From Lama glama (Eukaryota): a stretch of 64,000 nucleotides of DNA. Below, piece by piece: positions 37,511-48,653 of this stretch. The notes under the pieces are model-generated. The model was given only the letters and a program-made list of their open reading frames with translations. It did not search any database and was not told the origin of the DNA. A program made the translations under genes and the position numbers. Position 1 is the first letter of the stretch, and the number at the start of each line of letters is the position of its first letter. The stretch is from NCBI GenBank assembly GCA_028534125.1, contig CM052816.1:63738001-63802000 (forward strand), written 5' to 3'.

Positions 37511-39751
37511 CCACTGAATGACTATTACTGGTATCAGATTGCAAGGTAATCAACTCTCCTAAGGTTGTCTAGAACGAGGCCAGAATGTGTGAAAGAGAAA
37601 CCAAGGAGAAAGATTTGTTCAAAGCAACTACTACTGGGTATTTTTTTCTTTTTGCATTCCAATCAGATGAAGTCTTTTCTCTCTGCCTGTGTGATGGTGG
37701 TAATTACAACATTTCCTGGTTCTCTACTGTACAGTATTTCAGTTTTTAACATTACTAATACTTATTAAAATGCATTTCTAAGTAAATACTGTTAAATGCT
37801 TTTCTGATTTCTTAATTGTGATTTTCAGAAACATCCTCAGTTTTATTCCCCTGAGGTCATGTTTCTTGTCATACCCAACTTCTGATATGTGTATCCACTC
37901 TATGAGATGAGAAAAATGTGTGCTGAGAACAGATGCAGATACTCTTAAAAATGAGATAGCAGGAGCTTTGGGCCAGACATTTGTAGGGTAGTTATAACCA
38001 CTCCATAGATAAGTGGTGGAGAGTTAGGTAAGGCTTCTGTTAAAGAAAGATGGCCTACAAGACTTAAGTCTAGACTGTGAGAATGCCTGGGAAAAGCCTT
38101 TGAAACTCAAAAACTTGGAAAGTTATGTTCTACTCTCAACAAAAAGGTCAATGTTAGAAAATCTAGTGATAGCTACTATGAGATAAATATGAGAGAGAAA
38201 GGCAATAGGTCTTTTTATATCTTAAAATTTTGTTCAAGTGATATATTCGTTTATTAAATATAGTGATAAGCAAAATTTACCTTTGGTTGTTTTAATCATG
38301 ATTTCAACTCTCTAGGAAAAAAAAGAGAATGAAGTAGAAGGTAAAGTGCTTCTTTATCGGTCCTGGTTGTTGGTACCAAGGAGATCATCCTTCTGGTCCT
38401 CATGGCCACACATACCCAGTAAGACTTTGATGCTGTGACTATTTTCCTAGAAGAAAATGACACTCAGGGAGAAATAAAAAGCATTAGGAGGACCAACCTT
38501 GTAAACTCCAACTTATAACACAAGAACAATTACCATATCTCCACCAAGGCATTGTGCAGAGATCATGTAAATGCTTAGATTAATTCTATTTTTTGAAAAC
38601 ATTTCAAATACCTAGTCATCTTTTTCATTCATTCTTTAGCTTTTGTATCATGTTCTTCAAAATACCTGGAGGTTAATAATATTCTAACCCTTTGTTTACT
38701 ATTTAAAATGGCTACAACAAATACAAGGCGATTTTACACATGTATTTCATAGAAAATTTCCTACTCTTATTCTTGACTGTTTCTTTTGTCTTTATAGATG
38801 CTTAATCTTTTGACAAAAGCCAGCCTAGCATTCCTACTTTAAGCATATTGCTTCAAAGGCACACTCTCCCTAATAGTATTTAGCAGTCTTATAATGAACA
38901 ACACAGTTAAATTTCTCAAGCAGCATAACTTGCATTGATTTCATAAATTTGAGGGTTAACTTTAAATTGTTTCTGTAATAATTTTTTAGTATTCATCACC
39001 AAGTCCACACTGGTCAGCTCAGACTCTGGGGAATTCACTATCTATCTTGTACACTCAGTTCATCTTTTGCAACTATATTGGCCAACTTGCAAATTTATCT
39101 GCAGCATGCCTGGGTGGTTATGTAGAGAAAGCAGCTACTCTCTAGGGGCTAATGCCTCTTCTCCACCAATCAGAATGCAGTTCATGATCCATTAGGTTTG
39201 TTGGCTAGATTATTTAACTTAATTCAATATAAATTATTTAATTCCTAAAGCCTTCCTGGTATTCAATATGAATGAAACAATTATTCCTGGACACAATCAT
39301 CCAAATAACACCACACAATTTTACCAAGCCCCAAGACAGTCATTAAATCCCAGCTATCCACTGCTTTACACAAACTACTCATGCTGAGTTTTTGAAGATT
39401 ATAACATTACTGAAATTGTTTGGATTCAATAAGGGACTGTATGTTATTCTATATTTAATGAGAACATCCCAATTACATAGCAATGTGAAAAATCATGAAC
39501 TATTTCTTGGTTGCAATTTTGTCCTTCTTTTGCTAGCATCCTTTCTTTTGTCATCTATTCTTGTCCATATGGAAAGGAACAGCTCCATTTTTCCCAATGT
39601 AAGTCTTCTGCTTAGAAGCATTGCTCTAGGCTAACCATCTCTTGACATCATTTCTATGTGGTCAATGACTGGTGGAAGTAACAGCTACGGCTGGTGTATT
39701 TTCTCTCTTGAATGTAATTTATATGACATATGTCCCAAAACACGATGTCCC

Positions 39752-40072
39752 TTTCTTAGGTTAGGCTCTCTGGAAACAGACTCTGAAGCAGAGAATCATG
39801 TGCTTCCTGTAGGAAAGTGAGGAAGGCAGGCTTGATAGAGGATTGATTGGCATTGCACCTGAGGCTCAGCAGATTTTACAGGGCACTCTGCAGCTGGGAT
39901 GGCCTTTGTATCTCTGTATCTCTATATGGCTGTGGGCTGCTCCCTGGAAGAGGGCATGACACTGTGGCCAACAGCAATTCCTAGCAAGCTATGAGCAGCT
40001 AGTATTCCTAGCAACTGGGAAAATGAAGGGTCAGTCCTAAGGGAGAATCTTAGAGCACCACCTATCCACTAC
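39752..40072 (-). mobile_element. ERVL solo LTR, LTR16A-like
   Basis: cttaggttaggctctctggaaacagactctga...ctctgcagctgggatggcc...tgggctgctccctggaagagggcatgac...atccactac. Confidence 0.75.
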
Positions 40073-41609
40073 CTCCATACCCCCATTGTAAGGAAAACCT
40101 GGGTGAGAATTATTGACAGATATTGAGATATGGAGAATCAGCATGATTTCTTTTACACAATGTCTTGGTTCTTTTCTCTCAAAATCTGTAAAAAAAAAAA
40201 AATCATTACCATTTTCCCCTCTTTCCCTACTCTTTCTCTTCTTTGTCTTAAAGCAGGCCAGGAGTGACATGAGGTAGATCCCAGAGAATTTCAGCCCTGG
40301 AGAATAACAAACAGAGCAGCGCAATTCCTGTGAGACCTAGCTGGAGCCGCCAGAGGTGGAGTTTCTGAGGCCTGCTTAGAGGCCTGTGCATAAAAGGGCC
40401 CTTGAAAAAGGGAGGAAGCTGTTTAAGTTTAGGAAGAAAAGTAGGTTACAAGTGACAATTTGAGTGTTCCCTCATTACTTGTTACTAGCAAGCACAATAC
40501 ACTGTGCACTTACATTGGCACTTCTCTAGCCAGCCACACTTAATCACCCGCTCCAATCGTAAAGAAGTTTCCTTATGGCTCTCGGGCAGGGGCAAAAGGG
40601 AGTCTTTGTTATGAATCTCTTCCCTCCACCCTCCGCCCCTCACACCTTGTATCTGTCCTACTTCTCGCTTTCCCATGGTCCTCCCTTTCATTCATTAATG
40701 TACAGGCATTAATTTACTAGTTCATTTATTGACCTCCTACTATGTGCCAGTTTTATTCAGGAGAGCGTGGGTCTCAACTGACTGCCCGGAACTTCTGATA
40801 CTTGTTTTGCTTCCCTTCTGGTTCTTGTTCGTTCTCCTGACTTCTGAATCACAGCTCACCCTAATCTAACACAAGTAAGTATTAGATTTGTTATCTAATT
40901 CTTGTTATCAGAAACCACTGTATGACAAGCCTGGCCTGATGTCTTCACCTGCACATCAGGCCTGTTAAGTGGTTTCTGAGAACTGCTCTAGCCTTCAAGT
41001 CATGATCCATTCTCTCTGATTACAGATTACCTGCTGGCACCTACAATCCACTGCCACCAAATCCACTGTGAGCAAAGGTAAAAATACCCCTAAATAAAAG
41101 TTGCTATGGCAAAGGCTGAACAGAGAAGCCTGATCAGGGAGGCTGAGGACAACACTTACGAATGTGGAAAATTGAACAATAAAACTGGACTCACAATTTG
41201 TCATTAGTAAATTAATCATTTAACTTTGTATACATAATTATTTGCCTCTTCTTCATTTCATCTCTCTCCCAGGGACTGAACCTAATTAAACAACTGTTCT
41301 ACTTTTAGTTTGGAAAACATTTTGATGTCTCTGATTTTATTTTGGTCCAATAGTTGTAGGTCAGTTTACTTATAGTTTAAAGTGGTTCATTTAGTTGGTT
41401 TGTTTCTTTTTTGTGTGTGAAGATCTTTTTTATTTCTTTGCTCAAAAATACTGAATTTTTGTTTTATGACTTGGTTCAATGCAAGTTCCTTAGTTCAAAG
41501 GGAAATGAGTCACCAGATTGAGTGTACTTGTTTGGAAGTTTAATACATACTTACACTTTTCAGGGTAGAAATCTACCTTGGTGCCAACATGAAGAGTGAC
41601 AGTGTAACC

Positions 41610-41785
41610 ACAGTCCTCCTAAGTGTGTTGCATGTATTAGCTTCTCTACCCTACAAGAGTCATATGGTGCAGGTCCTGTTATTTTTAATTTAAAGATGAG
41701 GAAACGGACAGAAAGTAACTTGCCCTCTATCACCAGGAAATCCAACTCCAGAGCCTGTGCTCTTGTCCATTAAGTTACACCACCT
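41610..41785 (-). mobile_element. MIR relic
   Basis: aatttaaagatgaggaaacggacagaaagtaacttgccc...actccagagcctgtgctctt. Confidence 0.75.
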
Positions 41786-42976
41786 GGTTAGAAATTCACT
41801 CAAAGATAATTGCAAGATCCAATTATAATGCCCATTTTGTATGCCTGCCTGCTACTCCCTCATGTTATAGATAACTTCATCCTTAATCTGTTCTGTTTAT
41901 TCAAGCCAGTAAGCCACAGCTGGTGAAAATTCCCTTGCTGTGCAGCTTAAACATGGGAACCTGCTTTTCTATCTCAGTTCTTCATTGACTTTCTATATAT
42001 CTTCTATTTTCACTTGAAGATGGATCTAGAGTCCCTTGACTATCCCTTTTAATTTTTTCCCCTTGCCATGTTTTGTTTTTCATTTGAATTTTGAAACAGT
42101 GTTATCTGAGTTAGTAAAAATAGAACTTTTATGAAAGACTCAATATCAAAATTAAGTTGCCTTGCAAGGTATTATGGGTAAAATTGGAAGGAAGAGTATT
42201 TAAAAATCTCCACTGAGGTTCTCTAACTGAGTCTATTTGAGGCTAATGCAATCATCTCGTCTTGATTTATGATTATATATTCTGACGTATTAAATGCTGT
42301 TTGTAAACAGTTTAATAAAAGGCTATTGCTCCAAACTCCAAATTAGCAGTGAAGGCAATTTCTATTAGAGAAGACATTTGTGGAAGATTTTATTCTCGAT
42401 GCTTAATAAAGTGAGTTCTTTTCCTCAGTGCAATACACACTGTTGACTTGTGGCTCAGCTCTAGGGACCTGATGTTGTATTCAAAGAGTAAAAGCGTATC
42501 TCTGCTCATTGTTTACTTACTACATTTTGGGGTACATATGGCAAAGTTATTTTCCTTGCAGTTCCCAGTTCAGTTTTTCCTCTTGATTATGTGCTAAAAA
42601 TATGTGCATAAAGTTCCCCAGTATCTCAGTTTAACAATGTGAATCTCCAAGCCTCTTTTATTAAATGACATTTCTAGTATTTTAATGAGGGTTTGACATT
42701 TTCACATGTTACAATTTTGTTTTATTTTTATATTCATTGAAGTGACTTGCAGGCTGCCTTTGTGTGCTGTCGATTTACAATTTCTAAAGGTATTTGGAGA
42801 CACCTTTTCAGACAGAAGAAGTACATCAGGAAATCATTCAGGATTCTAAGTGTTAGTATTCAGAGGAGTGTATTTTAAAAAAAAATGACTGCAAGGCTTT
42901 AAGTGTAGGGCTTTGTTCTGAGCAACACCTAATACTAGATTCTTTGGAAATGGCAAAGGCCAAACAAGATTTAGAC

Positions 42977-43180
42977 CAGGGCTTGCAAATTCAAATACCT
43001 GGAGGGCCCAGTGGGCTCTGGAGAGCTGTTGCAGGTGTGCCCTACCCAAAGAGAGCAGCTGCGAATTTGCCCTTTGTTGTGGCTGCTAGTGGTGAGGGAA
43101 TTCCAGTGTCACCAGATTTTTTGGTATTCTAAGGGAATTTGGATGTTTAAGTGAAATATTCTAATTTGTGACTGGCTATT
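42977..43180. mobile_element. MER102-like hAT element
   Basis: cagggcttgcaaattcaaatacct...gggcc and ccagtgtcaccagatttt...ggatgtttaagtgaaatatt. Confidence 0.65.
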
Positions 43181-43319
43181 TCTGGTCTAGATTGTCCAGC
43201 ATGCAATTGGACACACAAACTATGTTAAGAGCCAAGAAAGAAAGATATAATTGGAGATTATTTTTCAAATGACTCAGAAAAGCAGAACGTCATTCCAGGA
43301 CTCTTTCTGCAATTGCCTT

Positions 43320-43790
43320 CTAAGGACAGAGCACTGTACAACATCATTCTGAGGTGGCAAAAGTGACTGAGCTGCACTCTCCATTTTTAAAGAACCTCCA
43401 GTCAAGCAGAAGGTCTAAGACACTACAAACATAAGTAAATAGAGGGTGAAGTCAGGTAAATTTCAAAAGGATGTTCAAATGAAATTCAAAAGAGGGAGAG
43501 TCACATCTGGTTGCTAAGACCAGGGACAAGTTCATGGCTATTGAGATGAGACTTGACAGTGCATACAGGCTTGTGGTGAAAGCAGGACATTCCAGGAGGA
43601 GGAAGCAGAGAGTGGAAGTGGAAAAACATGAGCCATGAGGATGCCCAGAGAGCAGGAGCTAGACCAGTTTAAAGGCCATCCATGAAAGGGCAAGTAACGG
43701 GTGCTGAGTGTATGCTGTGGAGGACTATACAGAGGAGGTCATACAAGGATTTTAGTAGACAAAGACAAGGCATCAGTGCTTTTTGACTTG
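43320..43790 (-). mobile_element. L2 relic
   Basis: Purine-rich, with ttcaaaagagggagagtcacatctggttg...ttgagatgagacttga...ggacattccaggaggaggaagcag. Confidence 0.55.
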
Positions 43791-43868
43791 GAGAGCACTT
43801 TGCCTAATATTTTCTATGGGTGAAAATTTGAAAAAACAAGATGGCAAAACAGGAGAGAGAGAGGGCTG

Positions 43869-43926
43869 GAGGCTAGGGTTTCAACATGTAAATTTGGTGG
43901 GGAACACAAACATTTAGTCCATGACA
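43869..43926 (-). mobile_element. Short MLT1A/MST 5'-end fragment
   Basis: gtttcaacatgtaaatttggtggggaacacaaacatttagtccatgaca is the reverse complement of an MLT1A-type start (compare 35127). Confidence 0.7.
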
Positions 43927-45317
43927 AATGAGCATGTGAAGAATGTAAGAGCTTGTTCTTTTTTCAAAAACTGTTGAAGTAGAACCATTGGAGTAATGTT
44001 TTAAATGGTTTTAATGTACCTAAGATTAAAGTGAATTTAATTGCAAGATGAGAGCACTGAAAATGAAATGCTGGTGCAGTCTGTAGTACCCATTATATGA
44101 GACAGAGAAAAAGGTATTTTGTCCTTCTGTAATAAAATTTACCAAGTTACTATGTAAGTCACAACTCTTCTCCCAGTTTTTAACCATAGGATGTGGCTCA
44201 TAAGTAGGTGCTCAGAATATACTGGTAGAAGGACTGAAGAATGGTATGAGATTGGTTAGTGCTCCGTTAAAAAAATCCATATATCCTGCCAGCCCTTTCA
44301 TCAGTCCCTACTTTCCCACCACCACATACCTAGTGTGTGGAATTGGACTTTGGGAGCAAAAAGTGAGAGATTTATATGGAATGATGAAAGATACAGAAGA
44401 GAGTTCTCCACAGTAATTTGAACATAGAGTGGACTTAAATCTTACTGGAGGTTAGGTTTTAAAGGTGGAACGCAAAGAAACTGCATCATATAGTGCAAAT
44501 TACCCTTGAACAGTCTTTAGGAAGTTACTGCATTGGATATGTATAAAACACTCTGCTTTTTCTTCTAGCATTCGAATAGCCCACTGCTTTCTTCTGTTCA
44601 GCGTCAGTTGAAGTTGGCTTGAATTGAAGGGTTTTATTGTATGAAAAAGATATTTTTAAATACTAGAATTAACTCCATGTGGTGATATGCTGTCACTATG
44701 AAAAGCACCCCAGGACAGAGACTGCCTGAGGGATGGCAATTTCTACCTCCTGTCTCAGTCCCACTTAGGATATCTGACCACAGAGTAGAATAGTGGGAAA
44801 TCTCTTTCTCCTTCCCTCCCTCCGTCTTCCCTCCCTCCCTCCCTCCCTCAGGTCTTCTTGATGGCCCAGCATGTGTGGTTGATTTCCCTCAAGTTAAAAA
44901 GCACCTATGATGGACTTTCTCTATACTCATAGTGGGGAGATGAACTGTATCTGGCCGAAGCACAGGAGCTTTGCTACTTGCACAAATCCGAGTAAGGATC
45001 ACATGTCACCAGGCTAATGCTTGGGGGGATGTAGCAAGGAAGAGTGAGCTAGGCAGGTGTGCATTAACACCCTGCCATGGCCGCTCTGGTCAGAGCAGTG
45101 TCAGGATGGGGATGACTGGTGTTCAGGGTGGGAAAAGTGGGATTATGACAACCTATTTTGACTTCAGGGGTTTTCAGGGGGACCTGGACATCACCACATG
45201 CTAAAGATGCATTTGGGACTTGGTCTTGGGAGAAAGGAAAACAAGGGTGGAGTCCTAGTTTCACATCTCCCTCCAACCCACCCCTCACCAGTGTTTGTTA
45301 GTTTATTTGCTTGTATA

Positions 45318-45858
45318 TTTTAGTTTTATTGAGAAATAATTGACAAATAAAATTGTGTATACTTAAAGTATACAATATGGTGTTTTGATATACATATACA
45401 ATATGAAATTATTAACACAATCAATTTTTGTGTGTGCGATGAGATCCCTTGAGATCTACTCTTTCAGCAAATTTCAAGTATACATACAGTTCTATTAACT
45501 ATATCACTATTCTGTACAGTGGATCTCTAAAACTTATTCATCCTGTATAAGCGAAACTTTGTACCCTTTGACTAATATCTATTCATATCCCTCAACTTCC
45601 AGCCCCTGGCAACCACCATGCTACTCTCCGCTTCTATGAGTTTGATATTTTTAGATTCCACATGTAAGTGAGATCATGCAGTATTTGTCTTTCTGTGTCT
45701 GGCTTATTTCACTTGGCTAAACTGCTCTAAGTTCATCTATATTGTCACAGATGGCAGAATTTCTTTCTTTTTTAAAGGTGAATAATATTCCATTGTATAT
45801 ATACCACATTTTCTTTGTTCACTCATTCATCACCACATAGGTTGTTTCCATATCTTGC
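45318..45858 (-). mobile_element. L1MA8/9-type 3' end
   Basis: tttattgagaaataattgacaaataaaattgt...gatctactctttcagcaaatttcaagtatac...ttttagattccacatgtaagtgagatcatgcagtatttgtc. Confidence 0.9.
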
Positions 45859-46164
45859 GAGCCTCATGTCTTTGTGATTGTAAGATCTTTGGCAGAATAG
45901 TTGACCAACTATTATGTGGACAATAATACATGATAGGGATAGTACAAAGATTAAATGGGAAAATGTGTGTAAAGCACTTAGCTTAGGGCATAGGACACGC
46001 TAACCAACGAAGATATGGTAGTTTTCTAGCTACCTCCTAACCATGTGAGCAAACCTATTTGTGAGGTGGGGGTGGGAATATAATAAACAAAAATGGAAAA
46101 CAAATAGAAATATACCATAGCTGATACCATACAATCAGACATAATTAATGGACAAGTCAAGAGG

Positions 46165-46315
46165 AGGTAGTTGGTGTAGAGAGCACTGGACTGTGGCTCA
46201 AGAGACCTGGCTTCTAGTTCTGGGTAAACTTTGGCCAAGTCCCTTCTTCTCTTTCTTCCCTTAACAGTAAAATGAGGGACTTGGAAGAGCTTTTAAGATG
46301 CCTTCCAGTTCTACA
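46165..46315 (+). mobile_element. MIR/MIR3 relic
   Basis: gagcactggactgtggctcaagagacctggcttctagttctgg...ttggccaagtc...gtaaaatgaggga. Confidence 0.7.
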
Positions 46316-47221
46316 GTAATAACACTTTATATCATGTCTTTCCTCAAAATCTTACAATGATTCTGTAATGCCTTCCAGATTAAACCATTTCTTTGACTGG
46401 TCTTAAAGTTTCACCATAAAATAGCTCCAGGCTCCCTTTGCAGTATTTTCTCTTACTCTTACCTTAGAATACCCAAAACTACAGCAAATTGCCCCTTCTT
46501 GTCTGATCCCTGCATTTTCACCTCTATTCCTTTATCCATATCCACCCCTTTTCATCTGTGAACATTCTTCTTGCCCTTTATTGCTTGCCATGTGATACCA
46601 TTTCCACCATGCTCTTCTGTATTTCCTCAACATGCTTGTGCTGTGTTCTGTGGGGTCCCAGTCACTGTCCTTCAGGTGTCAGTTGGCATTGGGGGAGCCA
46701 TGGGGGACAGGAGGCTCCCTGTCACCTTGTAACCACTTACCTGACCATTCCAGGGGCCTATGTGGTGTCATATCTGCAGGAAAATGTGGCTGGTAATTAG
46801 GGAAAGATCATTTAAATGCTGCTTTTACAGAGCTCTGAAAGAAAAGAGCTGCTATTCACAGTTAGGTTCTGGAAACAGTGAGGCGTAGATGACATTTCTT
46901 TTAAGCAGTATGCAAAGTTTCCCCCAGAGGAAAGAGATTAGAAAACAACATTAATTATTCTCAAGACCATGAGTCCCTATTTTCACTAATTACTAAAATT
47001 TGCCACCTGCCTATTCAGACTGGTGACAGTGCATGGGTAGGAATCCAGACCTGCAGAGAGGAAACCTTTCCTTCTGGAAAGACCTGCTGGACCTCTCCAG
47101 CATGACGTGAAAGAAGGCAGAGCAAGAACGCAACAACTCTAGCAAGAGAGTCTGGGTCTAAGACCTCTATCACCACTTCTTACTAGTGAAAGAATTCTTA
47201 CAAGTGGTATATCCTATGGTG

Positions 47222-47345
47222 TGCCATAGCGGTTTGTGGTGTGGACCCTGGAGCCACACTTTCTGGGTTCCAATCCCAGCCCCTGCCTTCCTCCTTGGCT
47301 ACATCATGACTTTGAGCAAGTCACCTGGCCTCTAAGTGCCCGGGA
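47222..47345 (+). mobile_element. MIR 5' relic
   Basis: ctggagccacactttctgggttccaatcccagc...tgactttgagcaagtcacctggcctctaagtgcc. Confidence 0.75.
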
Positions 47346-47759
47346 TTTGGCTAAATTTGAAGACTTTAAAATTTGATCAAAGGCCCATGTCTGCTCCCCT
47401 CCCTTCTCCCTGAGCTCCCTGGGGGAGCATAGCCTGGCATGGCCAGGGCTACACCAGTCCTAGAAGTATCTGTCCCAGAGGCTTCCAAAGACTCTTCTAA
47501 CTTTCCCTCAAGGTTTCTAACCCCCTTCTCAGCAAGCCCATTTCCTAGGTGACCTCCAGGAATCCTCCCATCTTATGTTCTGTGGCTTCAGAGTTCCTTT
47601 GAGTGAGGATGGATAAAATGGGTCAGATAAAGAATTTACTGGTGAAGCATGAGGCAGCTACAATATGCAGCCTCTTTCCTGCTCTTCAATAATACATATT
47701 GTATTAACTTGGTTTTCAGTCACTCAACTGGTCTTTATTAAGGATCTATAAGGACAGCA

Positions 47760-47990
47760 CCGTGAGGTCTGGATGAAAGAGAGAGCACAGCTCTGCCCGG
47801 GGACCTGACATAATGACTTTTGGTTAGAGGAGCAGGCCTGTGGAGGAGTTTGAACTTGTACTTGAGGACAAAGGATGGCTACTGAGGTTGTGAGCAAGAG
47901 AATAACAAGATGATATTTGAGTTTTAGAAACATTCCTCTGGTCATAGCAGGAGAATGGGTGGAGGAGACCCACAGTGGATGTAACTGTTC
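47760..47990 (-). mobile_element. L2 relic
   Basis: ggagtttgaacttgtacttgagg...tgagcaagagaataacaagatgatatttgagttttagaaacattcctctgg. Confidence 0.7.
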
Positions 47991-48255
47991 AACCTGCACC
48001 TATCAAGGCTGTACTGGGCTGAGTGAAAGAGACAGAATCACTGTCAGGAGACTGAGTCCTAACTCTAGTATTATGAGCAACTGATTGTGACTTTTCACAG
48101 TAATTCTGTTCCCTCTGGCCTTCAGTTTTCTCTTCTATAAATTATTTCTAAGGTCACAGAGGTGTGTTTCTATATCATTTTTAAGAACTACTATTAATTT
48201 GAGCTGCTGCTGCTTCTTGATATTTAAATTTGTATTCTCCCTCCCTCCTTCACTC

Positions 48256-48653
48256 TGTATTTGTTTGCTAGGGCAGCCATAACAAATGCCCATCAACTGG
48301 GTAGCTTACACAAGACAGATTTATTTGCTTACAGTTCTGATAGCTGGAAGTCTGAGATCAAGGTGTCAGCAGGCTTGGCTTCTAGTGAGGCCTCTCTCCT
48401 TGACTTACAGATGGCTGCCTTCTCCCTGTGTTTTCACATGGTCTTTCCTCTGTGTGCACACATCTCCGGTGTCTTTCTGTATGTCCAGATTTCTTCTTAT
48501 AAGGACAGCAGTCAGATTGGAGTAAGGCCTATCTAATGGCCTCATTTTAATTTAATTACCTCTTTAAAGGTCCTCTCTCCAAGTACAGTCACTTAAAGGT
48601 ACTAGGGTTTGGGCATCAATATATGAATTTCAAGGGCGACACAATATCATAAC
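48256..48653 (-). mobile_element. MaLR solo LTR, MLT1B-like
   Basis: tgtatttgtttgctagggcagccataacaaa...ctggaagtctgagatcaaggtgtcagcagg...tcttataaggaca...ggcctcattttaatttaattacctctttaaagg. Confidence 0.9.

Noticed and set aside
40344..40360. CTCF-like gccgccagaggtgga
   Set aside because: It mismatches the highly constrained GGC end of the core motif
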